Source: Chloroflexota bacterium (GTDB lineage Bacteria > Chloroflexota > Anaerolineae > Anaerolineales > Villigracilaceae). From it: a DNA stretch of 64,000 nucleotides. Below the pieces are notes generated by a model that did not search any database, was not told the origin of the DNA, and saw nothing but the letters and a program-made list of their open reading frames with translations. Position 1 is the first letter of the stretch. Every line of letters begins with the position of its first letter. Location of the stretch: NCBI GenBank assembly GCA_040006635.1, contig JBDTWO010000001.1, positions 25,998-89,997 of the forward strand, in the 5' to 3' direction. The translations under genes and the position numbers were made by a program. Below are positions 27,903-38,248 of the stretch, piece after piece.

Positions 27903-29666
27903 ATGTACAGAACACACACTTGCGGAGAATTACGCGCCAGCCATGCGGGACAAACCGTCACACTCGCTGGCTGGGTCAATCGTCGCCGCGATCACGGCGG
28001 AGTGGCATTTTTTGATCTGCGCGACCGTACCGGACTCGTCCAAATCACGATCAATCCAGATTTGTCAAAAGAAGTTTTGGATCAGGTTGTCAATGTCCGC
28101 TTTGAGTGGGTTCTGCAGATCGAAGGACTCGTCCAGAAGCGACCTGAAGGCATGTCGAATCCCAAAATGGAAACCGGCGAGATTGAGATCATCGCCAAGA
28201 ACATCACGATCTTGAATCCTGCCAAGACCCTACCCTTCATGGTCAGCTCAGACGCCGATCTGCCCGATGAAAACACACGCCTCAAATATCGCTATCTCGA
28301 TTTGCGCCGCGAGCGTCTGACTCGTAATATGATATTGCGTCACAAGGTCATCAAGTTCATGCGTGACTATCTCGATAAGCAGGGCTTCATCGAGATCGAA
28401 ACGCCCATTATGTTCAAAGCGACTCCCGAGGGCGCGCGCGACTATCTCGTTCCGTCTCGTCTCAACCCAGGACAGTTCTATGCGCTACCTCAGTCACCCC
28501 AGCAGTTGAAGCAATTGCTCATGGTCGCAGGCATGGACAAGTATTTCCAGATCGCGCGTTGTTTCCGTGACGAAGATTTGCGCGGCGACCGTCAACCCGA
28601 GTTCACGCAACTTGATTTGGAAATGTCCTATGTTCACCGCGATGATGTGTTGGCGCTGGTCGAAGGTTTGTATACAGCGATGCTTCCTGAAGTCGCGCCA
28701 CATAAAAAATTACTTTCTTCGCCTTGGAAAAAAATCCCGTATCTTGAGGCGTTGGATAAATATGGATCAGATAAACCTGACCTGCGCTTCGGCATGGAAT
28801 TGATCAACGTCTCGGATATTTTTGCTAAAAGCGAATTCCGCGTCTTTCAATCTACGCTGGAAGCTGGTGGCGTGATCAAATGCATTATCGCCCCTCGATC
28901 AGCAGACATGTCCCGCAAGGAAGTGGACGCGCTCACAGAAGTGGCGAAGTCGTTTGGAGCGAAGGGTATGCCCACGTTGGCAGTAACAGCTGAAGGCGTG
29001 AAAGGAAGCGCGGCAAAGTTTGTGACGGCAGAAGAAGTCGAAGCATTGAAGTCCAAAACGGGGGCAGGAGTCGGCGATCTCATCGTCTTTGCAACTGATA
29101 CAAAAGTTATCGCAAACAAAACGCTCGGCGGGTTACGTCTGTGGTTCCGTGATAAATTGGATCTGGCAGACAAAGATATGATGGCGTTCGCATGGGTCTT
29201 GGATTTCCCGTTCTTTGCGTACAATGAAGAAACGAAGACTTGGGAATCGGAACATCATCCGTTCACGATGCCGAAGATGGAAGACCTGCCGAAGTTCGAT
29301 ACTGACCCGGGCGCAGTGATGTCGGATGCATATGACATGGTGTGCAACGGCTATGAGTTGGCTTCGGGTTCGATCCGTATTCATCGCCGTGATATTCAAA
29401 TGAAGATGTTCCAGATGCTTGGGCTGAGTGACGAAGATATTCAGGCGAAGTTCGGTCATATGCTCGAAGCGTTTGAATATGGCGCACCTCCACACGGCGG
29501 CATGGCGCCCGGGATTGACCGTCTTATTATGCTCCTCGCGGACGAACCCAACATCCGCGAAGTAATTGCCTTCCCCAAGAATCAAGCGGGACGCGATGTG
29601 ATGGCGGATGCACCGTCTGCAGTTGAGCCGAAGCAGTTGAAAGAGCTGCATATTAAATTCGAATAG
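27903..29666 (+). CDS. aspS: Aspartyl-tRNA synthetase, likely non-discriminating (Asp/Asn)
   Basis: [42 protein letters not shown]. The anticodon domain has DHGG (His) and RPEG (Gly), the residues associated with non-discriminating enzymes. Confidence 0.97.
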   Translation: MYRTHTCGELRASHAGQTVTLAGWVNRRRDHGGVAFFDLRDRTGLVQITINPDLSKEVLDQVVNVRFEWVLQIEGLVQKRPEGMSNPKMETGEIEIIAKNITILNPAKTLPFMVSSDADLPDENTRLKYRYLDLRRERLTRNMILRHKVIKFMRDYLDKQGFIEIETPIMFKATPEGARDYLVPSRLNPGQFYALPQSPQQLKQLLMVAGMDKYFQIARCFRDEDLRGDRQPEFTQLDLEMSYVHRDDVLALVEGLYTAMLPEVAPHKKLLSSPWKKIPYLEALDKYGSDKPDLRFGMELINVSDIFAKSEFRVFQSTLEAGGVIKCIIAPRSADMSRKEVDALTEVAKSFGAKGMPTLAVTAEGVKGSAAKFVTAEEVEALKSKTGAGVGDLIVFATDTKVIANKTLGGLRLWFRDKLDLADKDMMAFAWVLDFPFFAYNEETKTWESEHHPFTMPKMEDLPKFDTDPGAVMSDAYDMVCNGYELASGSIRIHRRDIQMKMFQMLGLSDEDIQAKFGHMLEAFEYGAPPHGGMAPGIDRLIMLLADEPNIREVIAFPKNQAGRDVMADAPSAVEPKQLKELHIKFE

Positions 29667-29688
29667 CGTCATTGCGAGGAGTTAATTC

Positions 29689-30495
29689 ATGACAATCCGT
29701 GTTTGTCTCGCAGGTGCAACTGGATGGGCAGGCTCAGCCGTTGCACGCGCCATCGCTCAACTTGACGATATTACACTTGTGTCTGCGATATCACGCACTC
29801 ATGCTGGAAAAAATTTAGGCGACGTGCTGGCAGAGCCGCGCCTGACTTGCAAAGTATATGCAACCGCGGAGGAAGCACTCTCAGCGCAGCCGTGTGATGT
29901 GTTCTTCGAGTTCACAAAACCAGACGCAGCAAAGTCAAATGTGTTGACCGCATTACAGCATGGAGTTCATGTCGTCATTGGCACATCGGGATTAACCGAC
30001 TCAGACTACGCTGAGATTGCTTCAGCTGCCAAGCAGTCTCAACGCGGTGTGTTGGCTGTTGGCAACTTTGCACTAACCGTTGTCTTGTTGCAAAAATTCT
30101 CTGAAATCGCCGCTAGATTTATCCCTCAATGGGAGATCATTGATTATGCCAGCGACAGTAAAAAAGATGCACCGAGTGGAACCGTACGTGAAATGGCTTA
30201 TCGGCTTTCAAAGATTCGTGAGTCGGAAATGACCGTTCCATTGGAGGAAACCAAAGGTGTTGTCGAAACTCGCGGTGCACGGATGACTGGCTCGCAAGTA
30301 CATTCCATCCGCTTGCCGGGATATACTATCTCAGCCGAAATCATTTTCGGCATGCCAGATCAAAAGCTGACCATCCGCCACGACTCAGGTAGCAGCGCCC
30401 AACCTTATGTGGATGGCTCCCTACTGGCAATTCGCAAGGTCAATACATTTATCGGTCTGCGCCGCGGATTGGATAGTGTGCTTGATTTATCGTAG
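29689..30495 (+). CDS. dapB: 4-hydroxy-tetrahydrodipicolinate reductase-like protein
   Basis: GATGWAG Rossmann fold, VVIGTSG, KKDAPSGT, HSIRLPG; the HH before K..DAPSGT is missing. Confidence 0.75.
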   Translation: MTIRVCLAGATGWAGSAVARAIAQLDDITLVSAISRTHAGKNLGDVLAEPRLTCKVYATAEEALSAQPCDVFFEFTKPDAAKSNVLTALQHGVHVVIGTSGLTDSDYAEIASAAKQSQRGVLAVGNFALTVVLLQKFSEIAARFIPQWEIIDYASDSKKDAPSGTVREMAYRLSKIRESEMTVPLEETKGVVETRGARMTGSQVHSIRLPGYTISAEIIFGMPDQKLTIRHDSGSSAQPYVDGSLLAIRKVNTFIGLRRGLDSVLDLS

Positions 30496-30592
30496 AGACC
30501 TGACAGGTCTCCGCGACAGCTTGAACATCTTGGATTTTTTGTCCACGCGATCATCACGGTCAACCAAGTAAACAATGAGACCTGTCAGGTCT
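30496..30592. repeat. MITE/REP-like element with 16-bp terminal inverted repeats
   Basis: AGACCTGACAGGTCTC ... GAGACCTGTCAGGTCT. Confidence 0.85.
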
Positions 30593-30603
30593 TAGGAGTA
30601 TGT

Positions 30604-30903
30604 ATGACCCAAACAATAGACACCAAAACCGTCAAGCACACCGCCTACCTCGTCCGCCTCGGAATCTCCGAAGAGGAAGCGCAAAAGTTCAGTGGACAGT
30701 TCTCTTCCATCATTGACTACTTCAACATGCTCAACGAAGTGGATACAGACAACGTCCCGCCTGCCTCGGACATCGCCAATGCTGAGAATGTTCTGCGTGA
30801 AGATGTGGTCAAGCCATCCATGAGCCGCGAAGAATTTCTCAAGAACGCTCCGAACTCCGAACGCGGCTATGTCAAAGTGCCGACGGTCTTGGGCGATGAG
30901 TAA
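30604..30903 (+). CDS. gatC: Asp/Glu-tRNA amidotransferase subunit C
   Basis: VKHTAYLVRL, NVLRED, YVKVP; upstream of gatA. Confidence 0.93.
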   Translation: MTQTIDTKTVKHTAYLVRLGISEEEAQKFSGQFSSIIDYFNMLNEVDTDNVPPASDIANAENVLREDVVKPSMSREEFLKNAPNSERGYVKVPTVLGDE

Positions 30904-30912
30904 AAGATTTAA

Positions 30913-30997
30913 ACACAAAGTACACGAAGTACACAAAGGAAAGAGCAAGGATTTAATCAAAAAGGTTTTCCTTAGTGACCTTTGTGTCCTTCGTGGT
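30913..30997. repeat. Mirrored 9-bp-period repeats
   Basis: ACACAAAGT ACACGAAGT ACACAAAGG ... CTTAGTGAC CTTTGTGTC CTTCGTGGT. Confidence 0.75.
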
Positions 30998-31011
30998 AAA
31001 GGTTTTTAAGT

Positions 31012-32472
31012 ATGCAACTACATAACCTCACCATCCGCGAAGCACACCAATTACTAATTACCAAACAAATCTCCTCCGTCGAACTGACTCAGGCGATGCT
31101 CGACCGCATCCACGATATAGACTCCAAGGTCAAATCCTACGTCACCGTCACGGACGAGCTCGCGCTTGAACAAGCCAGGCAAGCCGATGAGCGTCTCGCC
31201 AAAGGCGACAACGTCACACCGCTGACAGGTATCCCCTTCTCGATGAAGGACTGCATCTCCACGCGTGATGTCCGCACGACATGCTCCTCGAAGATTCTTG
31301 AAAACTATGTTCCGCAATACAACGCCACCGTCACGAACAAACTCGCGGACGCAGGCGCTGTCCTCGTTGGCAAGACCAACATGGACGAGTTCGGTATGGG
31401 TTCATCGTGCGAAAACTCAGCATTCTTCAATACACATAATCCATGGAATCTCGACCATGTCCCCGGTGGTTCGAGCGGTGGTGCGGCGGCGAGCATGTCT
31501 GCCAGTCTCGCGACCTTTGCCATCGGCGAAGACACAGGCGGGTCAGTCCGCATGCCCGCGGGATTTTGTAACGTCACAGGCATCAAGCCCACGTACGGAC
31601 GTGTCTCACGCTATGGTCTGATCGCGCTCGCCTCATCCTTCGATTGCATCGGACCTCTTACCCACGACGCCTATGATTGCGCAACTGTCCTCCAAGCCAT
31701 CGCAGGTCATGATCCTCACGATAGCACCACTTACAAATTACCAGTTCCCAATTACATCGCAAACATTGACAAGCCCGTCAAAGGCATGAAGCTCGGCATT
31801 CCCAAAGAATATTTCGTCGCAGGCATGGAAGCGGGCGTCGAGTCCGCCATGCAAGAAGCCATTCGTCAATTTGAAAAACTCGGCATGGAGATTCACGAGG
31901 TCTCACTCCCCCACACCAAATACGGTCTGCCCGTTTATTATCTACTGCTCTTTGCCGAAGCCAGCGCCAACCTCTCCCGCATGGACGGCACGCGCTTCGG
32001 TCTCTCCGTTTCGGATGGCGCGAAAGATGTCATCGACATCTACCTCCAAACCCGCCACGAGGGATTCGGTGACGAAGTCAAACGCAGGATTATGCTTGGA
32101 GCATACGCGTTATCCGCTGGATATTACGACGCGTATTACTTGAAGGCTCAAAAAGTGCGCACGCTTCTGCGCCGGGACTTTGAGTCTGCCTTTGCCTACG
32201 TAGACGTTCTCCTCGCCCCGACCTGTCCCACCACCGCCTTCAAACTCGGCGAAAAGACCAGCGACCCGCTCGAAATGTATCTCTCCGATATTTACGTGGT
32301 TGCGACCAACCCTGCGGGTGTCCCTGCATTAGCGCTCCCCGCTGGCTTCTCCAAAGATATGCCTGTCGGCATGCAACTCATCGGCAAACACTTGGACGAA
32401 CAAACATTATTCCAAGTCGCTCATGCCTATCAGCAAGTCACTGACTGGCATAAGCAGTTGCCAAATCTTTAG
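31012..32472 (+). CDS. gatA: Asp/Glu-tRNA amidotransferase subunit A
   Basis: KTNMDEFGMGSS, GGSSGG, DTGGSVRMPA, KRRIMLG. Confidence 0.97.
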   Translation: MQLHNLTIREAHQLLITKQISSVELTQAMLDRIHDIDSKVKSYVTVTDELALEQARQADERLAKGDNVTPLTGIPFSMKDCISTRDVRTTCSSKILENYVPQYNATVTNKLADAGAVLVGKTNMDEFGMGSSCENSAFFNTHNPWNLDHVPGGSSGGAAASMSASLATFAIGEDTGGSVRMPAGFCNVTGIKPTYGRVSRYGLIALASSFDCIGPLTHDAYDCATVLQAIAGHDPHDSTTYKLPVPNYIANIDKPVKGMKLGIPKEYFVAGMEAGVESAMQEAIRQFEKLGMEIHEVSLPHTKYGLPVYYLLLFAEASANLSRMDGTRFGLSVSDGAKDVIDIYLQTRHEGFGDEVKRRIMLGAYALSAGYYDAYYLKAQKVRTLLRRDFESAFAYVDVLLAPTCPTTAFKLGEKTSDPLEMYLSDIYVVATNPAGVPALALPAGFSKDMPVGMQLIGKHLDEQTLFQVAHAYQQVTDWHKQLPNL

Positions 32473-32483
32473 GAATAACAAGT

Positions 32484-33041
32484 ATGCTATCCATCGAAAA
32501 ATGTGCCGTTCCTCCACAAGCGCTTCTGTCGAAATATTCTCTCGATGGCATGTATGCGGATTCGTTCCGCACCGAAATTATAGGTCAGGTTCCCCTCGCT
32601 GTATTTGTATTTGCGTTTTACACAACCTGGCTTTTCAAAATCGAGCAATTCATTTTGGCTCACATCGCGCAACGACCATCCAATGATATTCAAGCCAGGG
32701 AATTGGCAGACGGCGCGATAAACAAGTTCGCCGCATGGAATGTCGAAAGCCGCAACGACAACCAACTCCTGATGTGTGACATGCTCGGACGCACACGTTC
32801 CTGGTTTATGGTCAATCATATGGCCACAGAAAATAACAAGAAAACGCATTTGTATTTTGGGTCGGCAGTCGTTCCAAAGAAAAAGCCAAAAACTGGAAAA
32901 TCTTCGCTTGGGATTGTATTCCTAATATTATTAGGCTTTCACAAAATCTACTCGTTCCTGCTTCTGTATCTTGCAAGGCAAAAAGTCGCCCGCGCTTATC
33001 AACAAGTGACAGATTTGCATAAGCAATTACCGCCTCTTTAA
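32484..33041 (+). CDS. Hypothetical protein (DUF2867-like) whose last about 19 aa derive from a duplicated gatA 3' end
   Basis: C-terminus KVARAYQQVTDLHKQLPPL versus GatA QVAHAYQQVTDWHKQLPNL. Confidence 0.75.
   Translation: MLSIEKCAVPPQALLSKYSLDGMYADSFRTEIIGQVPLAVFVFAFYTTWLFKIEQFILAHIAQRPSNDIQARELADGAINKFAAWNVESRNDNQLLMCDMLGRTRSWFMVNHMATENNKKTHLYFGSAVVPKKKPKTGKSSLGIVFLILLGFHKIYSFLLLYLARQKVARAYQQVTDLHKQLPPL
32983..33041 (+). repeat. Direct repeat of the gatA 3' 59 bp (original 32414-32472)
   Basis: Colinear, same length, both begin AAGTCGC and end at the stop codon. Confidence 0.85.
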
Positions 33042-33083
33042 ATCTGTTTATCCGTTTTGCGAAGCAATCCGCTCGCCTACGGA
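33041..33083. repeat. ATCCGT-type short repeat element (related copy at 62180-62226)
   Basis: AATCTGTTTATCCGTTTTGCGAAGCAATCCG versus AATCCGTTTATCCGTTATGCGAAGCCATCCG. Confidence 0.65.
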
Positions 33084-33568
33084 TTATCATAAACGTAGAA
33101 AATATAATCCTGAGATTTTGTCTCGACACCCAGATCATGTAATACTCTGAGAAGCTGAGCGCGATGATCAGTGGCATGATTGGCAACATGCAGAAGCACT
33201 TGCCACGCAATAAGATCTTTATCTTCATCAGGTTCTGTTATCGGTTTGGAAAACAACATATCGTCACGTAAGTCGTCGGCAAGGTACGCGCGGATCTTTT
33301 GCTCAACATCATCCCAATATGTGCGGATGGGATCTCGGTCATCAGTGTCGACGGCAGGCAACGGTTCCATTGGTCTGAAAGCACGCAGTTCGCTGAACCA
33401 CATTTGTTCCGCGTCAATGAGATGAACGATTTGGTCTCGAACAGACCCGTGAGAGTAATCCACAGCTTGAGTGAACTGCTCAAAGGATAGCGTAGCGACA
33501 TGCTTCCACACTACGCGGTTTTCGGCAAAGTGATAGTTGTAAAAATGACGGAAGGCATCTGCATTCAT
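33077..33568 (-). CDS. DinB/YfiT-family metalloprotein
   Basis: SVRDQIVHL, HVANHATDHRAQ His motifs. Confidence 0.9.
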   Translation of the reverse strand: MNADAFRHFYNYHFAENRVVWKHVATLSFEQFTQAVDYSHGSVRDQIVHLIDAEQMWFSELRAFRPMEPLPAVDTDDRDPIRTYWDDVEQKIRAYLADDLRDDMLFSKPITEPDEDKDLIAWQVLLHVANHATDHRAQLLRVLHDLGVETKSQDYIFYVYDNP

Positions 33569-33637
33569 ATGAATTACTCCTTTGGATGTGGTTAAATGAA
33601 TTATAGCGCAAGTGTTCTAAAAAACAGAGATTTGATT

Positions 33638-34114
33638 ATGTACAACCATGCTCCTGAAAATTATATCTGTCCCTTTTGCCTTCTTATTGGAGGTATAAAA
33701 AATAAGCATGTTCATTCAGTACAAAGCGATATTGTTTACCACGACAACTCCGTCACCGCTTTTATCGGTTCGCAACAATGGAAGAACAATCACGGAAACA
33801 CGATCATCGTTCCAAATGAACACTTTGAAAATATCTATGACCTACCGGTAAAATATTCTCAAGATATTCATCGAGTTGCGAAGCTATTGGCGTTGACAAT
33901 GAAAGCAGTCTACGCGTGCGATGGAGTTTCAACTCGTCAACATAATGAACCTGGAGGCAGTCAGGATGTCTGGCATTATCATTTACATGTCACCCCACGA
34001 TACAAAGACGACAATTATTACGCCACGCAACGAGAACCCATGTCGATAAGCGAACGAGCAATGCATGCAGAAAAAATCAGAAATCATCTTTCAACCATTC
34101 AACTACGAGACTAA
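33638..34114 (+). CDS. HIT-family protein
   Basis: CPFC, QDVWHYHLHVTPR HIT motif. Confidence 0.92.
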   Translation: MYNHAPENYICPFCLLIGGIKNKHVHSVQSDIVYHDNSVTAFIGSQQWKNNHGNTIIVPNEHFENIYDLPVKYSQDIHRVAKLLALTMKAVYACDGVSTRQHNEPGGSQDVWHYHLHVTPRYKDDNYYATQREPMSISERAMHAEKIRNHLSTIQLRD

Positions 34115-34120
34115 CCAACT

Positions 34121-35569
34121 ATGACCCAATACGAACCAGTGATCGGACTTGAAATTCACGGCGAACTGCTCACCAACTCCAAAATGTTCTGCAGTTGTTC
34201 TGCCGACTATGGCTCCGCACCTGAACCGAACACGAACATCTGCCCCACGTGCACAGGTCTGCCTGGCGCGATGCCCGTTGTCAACAAAAAGGCGACCGAG
34301 CTCGCCGCGCTCGTCGGGCTCGCGTTGAACTGTTCCATTAACAAGCACAATACTTTCGCGCGCAAAAATTATTATTATCCTGATCTGCCGAAGGGTTATC
34401 AGATCTCGCAGTATGAGTTGCCGATTGCAGAAAAAGGCTGGATGGACGTATTGGCTGATTCCGAGGATCAACTTCGGGTGAGAGTGAGGCGGGTTCACAT
34501 CGAAGAAGATACTGCCAAACTATCCCACGAAAAAAATTATGCGCTCGTCGATTTCAATCGCGCAGGCGTCCCGTTGCTTGAGATCGTCTCCGAGCCAGAC
34601 ATCCGCACCGTTGAAGCCGCGCTCGATTACGCCACGAAGATCCGCGCCATCTTGCGTTATCTCGGCGTCAACTCGGGCGACATGGAAAAAGGCGTCCTGC
34701 GTTTCGAAGCGAACATTTCCGTGCGCCCCGTCGGCAGTGACGAGTTCCGCACGCGCACCGAAATAAAAAACCTCAACAGTTTCCGCGCGCTCACGCGTGC
34801 CTCGGCATATGAGATCGAACGCCAGATCAAAGTGTACGAAGCCGGCGGAACCGTGGCGCAGGAAACGCTCGGCTGGGACGATGTGCGCGGCGTGACCGTC
34901 TCACAGCGCGGCAAGGAAGAGGCGCACGACTACCGCTACTTCCCCGAACCCGACCTGCCCCCGCTCCAACTTTCGGATGCGTGGATCGATTCGATTCGGA
35001 CTCAACTGCCCGAACTGCCCGAAGCCAAGACAGCACGCTTCATCACAGACTTCAGCCTGACTCCGTCCGAAGCGCGTTTTCTTACATCCGAACTTTCGCT
35101 TGCGGACTACTTCGAGAGCGTCGTCGCCAAATCGAAGAGCCCTGCCAAGACTATCCACTCTTGGATCGCAGGCGAGTTCATGCGCAACCTCAACGACCTG
35201 AGCATTGATATCGCAAACATCTCCGTTGACCCCAGCGACCTCGCCCAACTCATTGACATGACAACCGATAAGGTCATCAACAACAACGCGGGCAAAACTG
35301 TGCTGGCAGAGATGTTCAAAAACGGCGGTAAACCCGAGCAGATCGTCAAAGAGAAAAATCTGGCGCAGGTCTCTGATGAAGGTTTTATCAAGCAAGCGAT
35401 TGAAAAAGCTTTGAACGACAATCCCAAAGAACTGGAACAATATTTCGCTGGCAAAGAGACTCTCCTGCAATGGTTCATGGGGCAAGTCGCCCGCGCCACC
35501 AAAGGCAAAGCCGATCCGAATGTGACGAAGGAGTTGCTGGTCAAGGCGTTGGAAGAGAGAAGAAAGTGA
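34121..35569 (+). CDS. gatB: Asp/Glu-tRNA amidotransferase subunit B
   Basis: IGLEIH, RKNYYYPDLPKGYQISQY, NRAGVPLLEIV, YRYFPEPDLP, FMGQVARAT.GKADP. Confidence 0.97.
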   Translation: MTQYEPVIGLEIHGELLTNSKMFCSCSADYGSAPEPNTNICPTCTGLPGAMPVVNKKATELAALVGLALNCSINKHNTFARKNYYYPDLPKGYQISQYELPIAEKGWMDVLADSEDQLRVRVRRVHIEEDTAKLSHEKNYALVDFNRAGVPLLEIVSEPDIRTVEAALDYATKIRAILRYLGVNSGDMEKGVLRFEANISVRPVGSDEFRTRTEIKNLNSFRALTRASAYEIERQIKVYEAGGTVAQETLGWDDVRGVTVSQRGKEEAHDYRYFPEPDLPPLQLSDAWIDSIRTQLPELPEAKTARFITDFSLTPSEARFLTSELSLADYFESVVAKSKSPAKTIHSWIAGEFMRNLNDLSIDIANISVDPSDLAQLIDMTTDKVINNNAGKTVLAEMFKNGGKPEQIVKEKNLAQVSDEGFIKQAIEKALNDNPKELEQYFAGKETLLQWFMGQVARATKGKADPNVTKELLVKALEERRK

Positions 35570-35580
35570 CGCTCGATCAT

Positions 35581-35686
35581 GTCATGCTGAATACTATGAC
35601 CCTGTCAAGGCATTTTTTAGAGATGCAGACGCAGCGCAGCATCTCTACGATTATCTCAGAGACCCTTCGCTACCGCTCAGGGTGAC
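35581..35686. repeat. Composite REP element
   Basis: GTCATGCTGA ... GACCCTTCGCTACCGCTCAGGGTGAC enclosing a TAGAGATGC / GCATCTCTA hairpin. Confidence 0.7.
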
Positions 35687-35696
35687 TGCGAAAATA

Positions 35697-35816
35697 GTTC
35701 ATGGGACAAGTCGCCCGCGCTACCAAAGCCTGTCCTGAGCGTGTCGAAGGGGCAAAGCCGACCCGAATGTGACGAAGGAGCTGCTGGTCAAGGCGTTGAA
35801 AGCAAGAAGCAATTGA
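35697..35816 (+). pseudogene. Second copy of the gatB 3' end, interrupted by a ~23-bp REP
   Basis: Aligns to 35474-35569; insert CCTGTCCTGAGCGTGTCGAAGG before GGCAAAG. Confidence 0.9.
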
Positions 35817-35920
35817 CCCTTATTCGCGAATTGTTTTGGGGAAAGTAAAAGCCTGGATAGTATGTTAGTATCACCATCTACTCAACGATGAAATTGTGTT
35901 TGTAACCTGGGAGAAAAACA

Positions 35921-37729
35921 ATGCCACGTATTAATCTTCTATTTGTTCTAATCATGTTCTTGTCTGCGTGTAGCGCCAAATCTACTCCTTCGCCTGCAGA
36001 GCCACCTTCTACAGAGGCTCCAACCGCTCCACCATCTGCTACTGCAGAGGATGCAATAGTAATTTCTATGGAACCCGCAGGATATAAACCTATTTCCGAA
36101 TCAACTCAACAGGGGATTAGGGAATTCTTTACCCCGTTATCAGTTGATGATGTCAAGCAGCTTAATCTAGAGGATCAAGTAATTCCAGATAGTCTTGCGG
36201 CGAGAGATGCAGAGATAACTAAAGAAATGCTTAGCAAGAAAGATAAAGTAGCCCAAATATGTGGAGTCCCAGTAAAATATTTGGGTGTTGTGTGGAAAGC
36301 ACATGTTTCGACAGATCCTGCAACGGGAAACAAGCAATATCGCTGGACAAGAGTGTATGAAGCGGTAATCCCAGAGGGCGAAGAGATACCTTCAGGTGTC
36401 TATACATGTTGGACTCGAGATACTGAGACTGGTACCCTAAATACGTATCCAACAGTCTGGGATGCCAATGGTAAGTTGGAAGTAAATGATGGTAATTGTT
36501 TTGAAAGATTGGAAGGTGAGATGAAGTGGTCAGGCACAACTCCAGTGATCTATAATTCTAAGACGAAAAAGTTTGCTATCCCTGGAGGAGGTACTAACGA
36601 TGATTTCCTTAATGAATCTTCATGGATGTCATTAGAGAATAGATCAGTTAGCGAATCTGTCAACCCAATAGCAAACCCATTCTCTGCAGAGATCATGGCA
36701 AAAATAAGTGAAAGTGGGTATACCTATAGGGCAGATGGAAGTTTGGTAAATGCTTCGGGTAATGTGGCAGTTTCAAACGTAAATGGTAAGTGGTTTGATG
36801 GGGGTGGTGCAGAGTTTGACTTTCAAACTTTTAGAATAATTGAGACAGATGGAGTTGATTATCAGAATCGACCGCTTGTTGTATTGTCCTTTACCGTAAA
36901 TGGAGAGGAGAGAGTATCTCTACCTAGTGGAGAGTCTGCTGTGCCGATAGATTTGTCTGCAAGTAGGGCAATGGTTGATGAAAATGCCATGACAAATCCG
37001 ACTGCCTGGGAGTGGGGAACATTTGAAAATATCACATTTGATAGAATTCCGGTTGTTACTCAAGAATCTGTAGATTCTGGAATGTTGGATTTAACTAGAG
37101 CAATGATTTTAAGGCCATGGACTGATGAGATTCGACCAGCCGTCTGGAAGTATGTACCGATAAATTCTGAAGCAGGAATCTGGACTTTAACCCACTATAG
37201 AGATAGCGGCTTCGAGTTGGGGAATTATTCAGGGGGTCCCCAATATCCAGGTGAAGATCCAATTGTGTGGCAGAATGAAGCAATTGTTCCTTCTGACGTT
37301 GTTAAATATATTGATGAAAGTACGGGGAAATGGGTGATTAATAGTGGAATTCAGTATTATTATAATAAAGCTACGGGTGAAAGTTTGATTTTTAAATTTG
37401 AGTACACAGATGAGAGGGCTGATCCAAATAGTTCTGATTTTCGTCAGACTATAATGGGTTTGGGTAATCCGTCATGGGTCGTAGTTCTTCCTCGGATAAC
37501 TCAAAATGAAGCAATCTCTCCAGAGTTGCGAGCTAAGATAGAAAAGTATCAAGGTAAAACACAAGTGGGAAGTGATGTAACTGGAGTAGTCTTGGCCGGT
37601 GATGAACTAGCTCAATATCAAGAGTTTACATTTGTTCCATTAAATTATCTTCAACGTTCAATGGAGGGTTATTTAACAGACCCTGATGATCCTGAATTTG
37701 ACTCAAAGTATCCACCACTTAATCCTTAA
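35921..37729 (+). CDS. AT-rich hypothetical lipoprotein
   Basis: Lipobox LSAC and P/T linker; 602-aa open frame with codon usage unlike the host genes. Confidence 0.8.
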   Translation: MPRINLLFVLIMFLSACSAKSTPSPAEPPSTEAPTAPPSATAEDAIVISMEPAGYKPISESTQQGIREFFTPLSVDDVKQLNLEDQVIPDSLAARDAEITKEMLSKKDKVAQICGVPVKYLGVVWKAHVSTDPATGNKQYRWTRVYEAVIPEGEEIPSGVYTCWTRDTETGTLNTYPTVWDANGKLEVNDGNCFERLEGEMKWSGTTPVIYNSKTKKFAIPGGGTNDDFLNESSWMSLENRSVSESVNPIANPFSAEIMAKISESGYTYRADGSLVNASGNVAVSNVNGKWFDGGGAEFDFQTFRIIETDGVDYQNRPLVVLSFTVNGEERVSLPSGESAVPIDLSASRAMVDENAMTNPTAWEWGTFENITFDRIPVVTQESVDSGMLDLTRAMILRPWTDEIRPAVWKYVPINSEAGIWTLTHYRDSGFELGNYSGGPQYPGEDPIVWQNEAIVPSDVVKYIDESTGKWVINSGIQYYYNKATGESLIFKFEYTDERADPNSSDFRQTIMGLGNPSWVVVLPRITQNEAISPELRAKIEKYQGKTQVGSDVTGVVLAGDELAQYQEFTFVPLNYLQRSMEGYLTDPDDPEFDSKYPPLNP

Positions 37730-37786
37730 GATATCAAATTTTTGCTGGTCCTTGCATAGGTAGTTGATGACTGCTAGAGTTAGATT

Positions 37787-38248
37787 ATGAAAAGAGTTGT
37801 TTATTTGAATATTTTGACTTTTGTTGTGTCTACACTGTTGCTATTTGTTGCTTTTTATATTTCACCAACTGTCACAAAAGCGCAAGTCTGTAATACATCA
37901 AACTGTAACTGTAATCTTTGCAAACTTCCTTCTGGTAGTCCTGCTCCTTGTACGGCTGATTGTGAGAGTGTCTATAGTTCAGCAGCACAAGGCTTTGTAG
38001 ATCAATGTTTTACGACATGTAATGCAGCGTCAAATGTAACACAATGTCCAGATACCAGTTGGACAACTTGGGGGCCATGTGGAGGTGGTTATCAAGAGAG
38101 GTATTGTATGACCCCTAGCGAAGTTAATGATATACAAATCCAATTGTGTGAACCAACTGGACCCAGTGGTACTCCTACACCAGCCCTACTCCTCCACCAG
38201 GTTGTGTTGCAACTGCTCCAACAGCGGTAGCGCTGAGTTCACCAGCTA
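37787..38248 (+). pseudogene. Secreted Cys-rich protein, frameshifted and truncated at the gatB-tail junction
   Basis: Signal peptide, many Cys, WTTWGPC (TSP1-like). An alternative frame continues PTPPPGCVATAPTAVALSSPANGA and runs into gatB copy 3. Confidence 0.6.
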
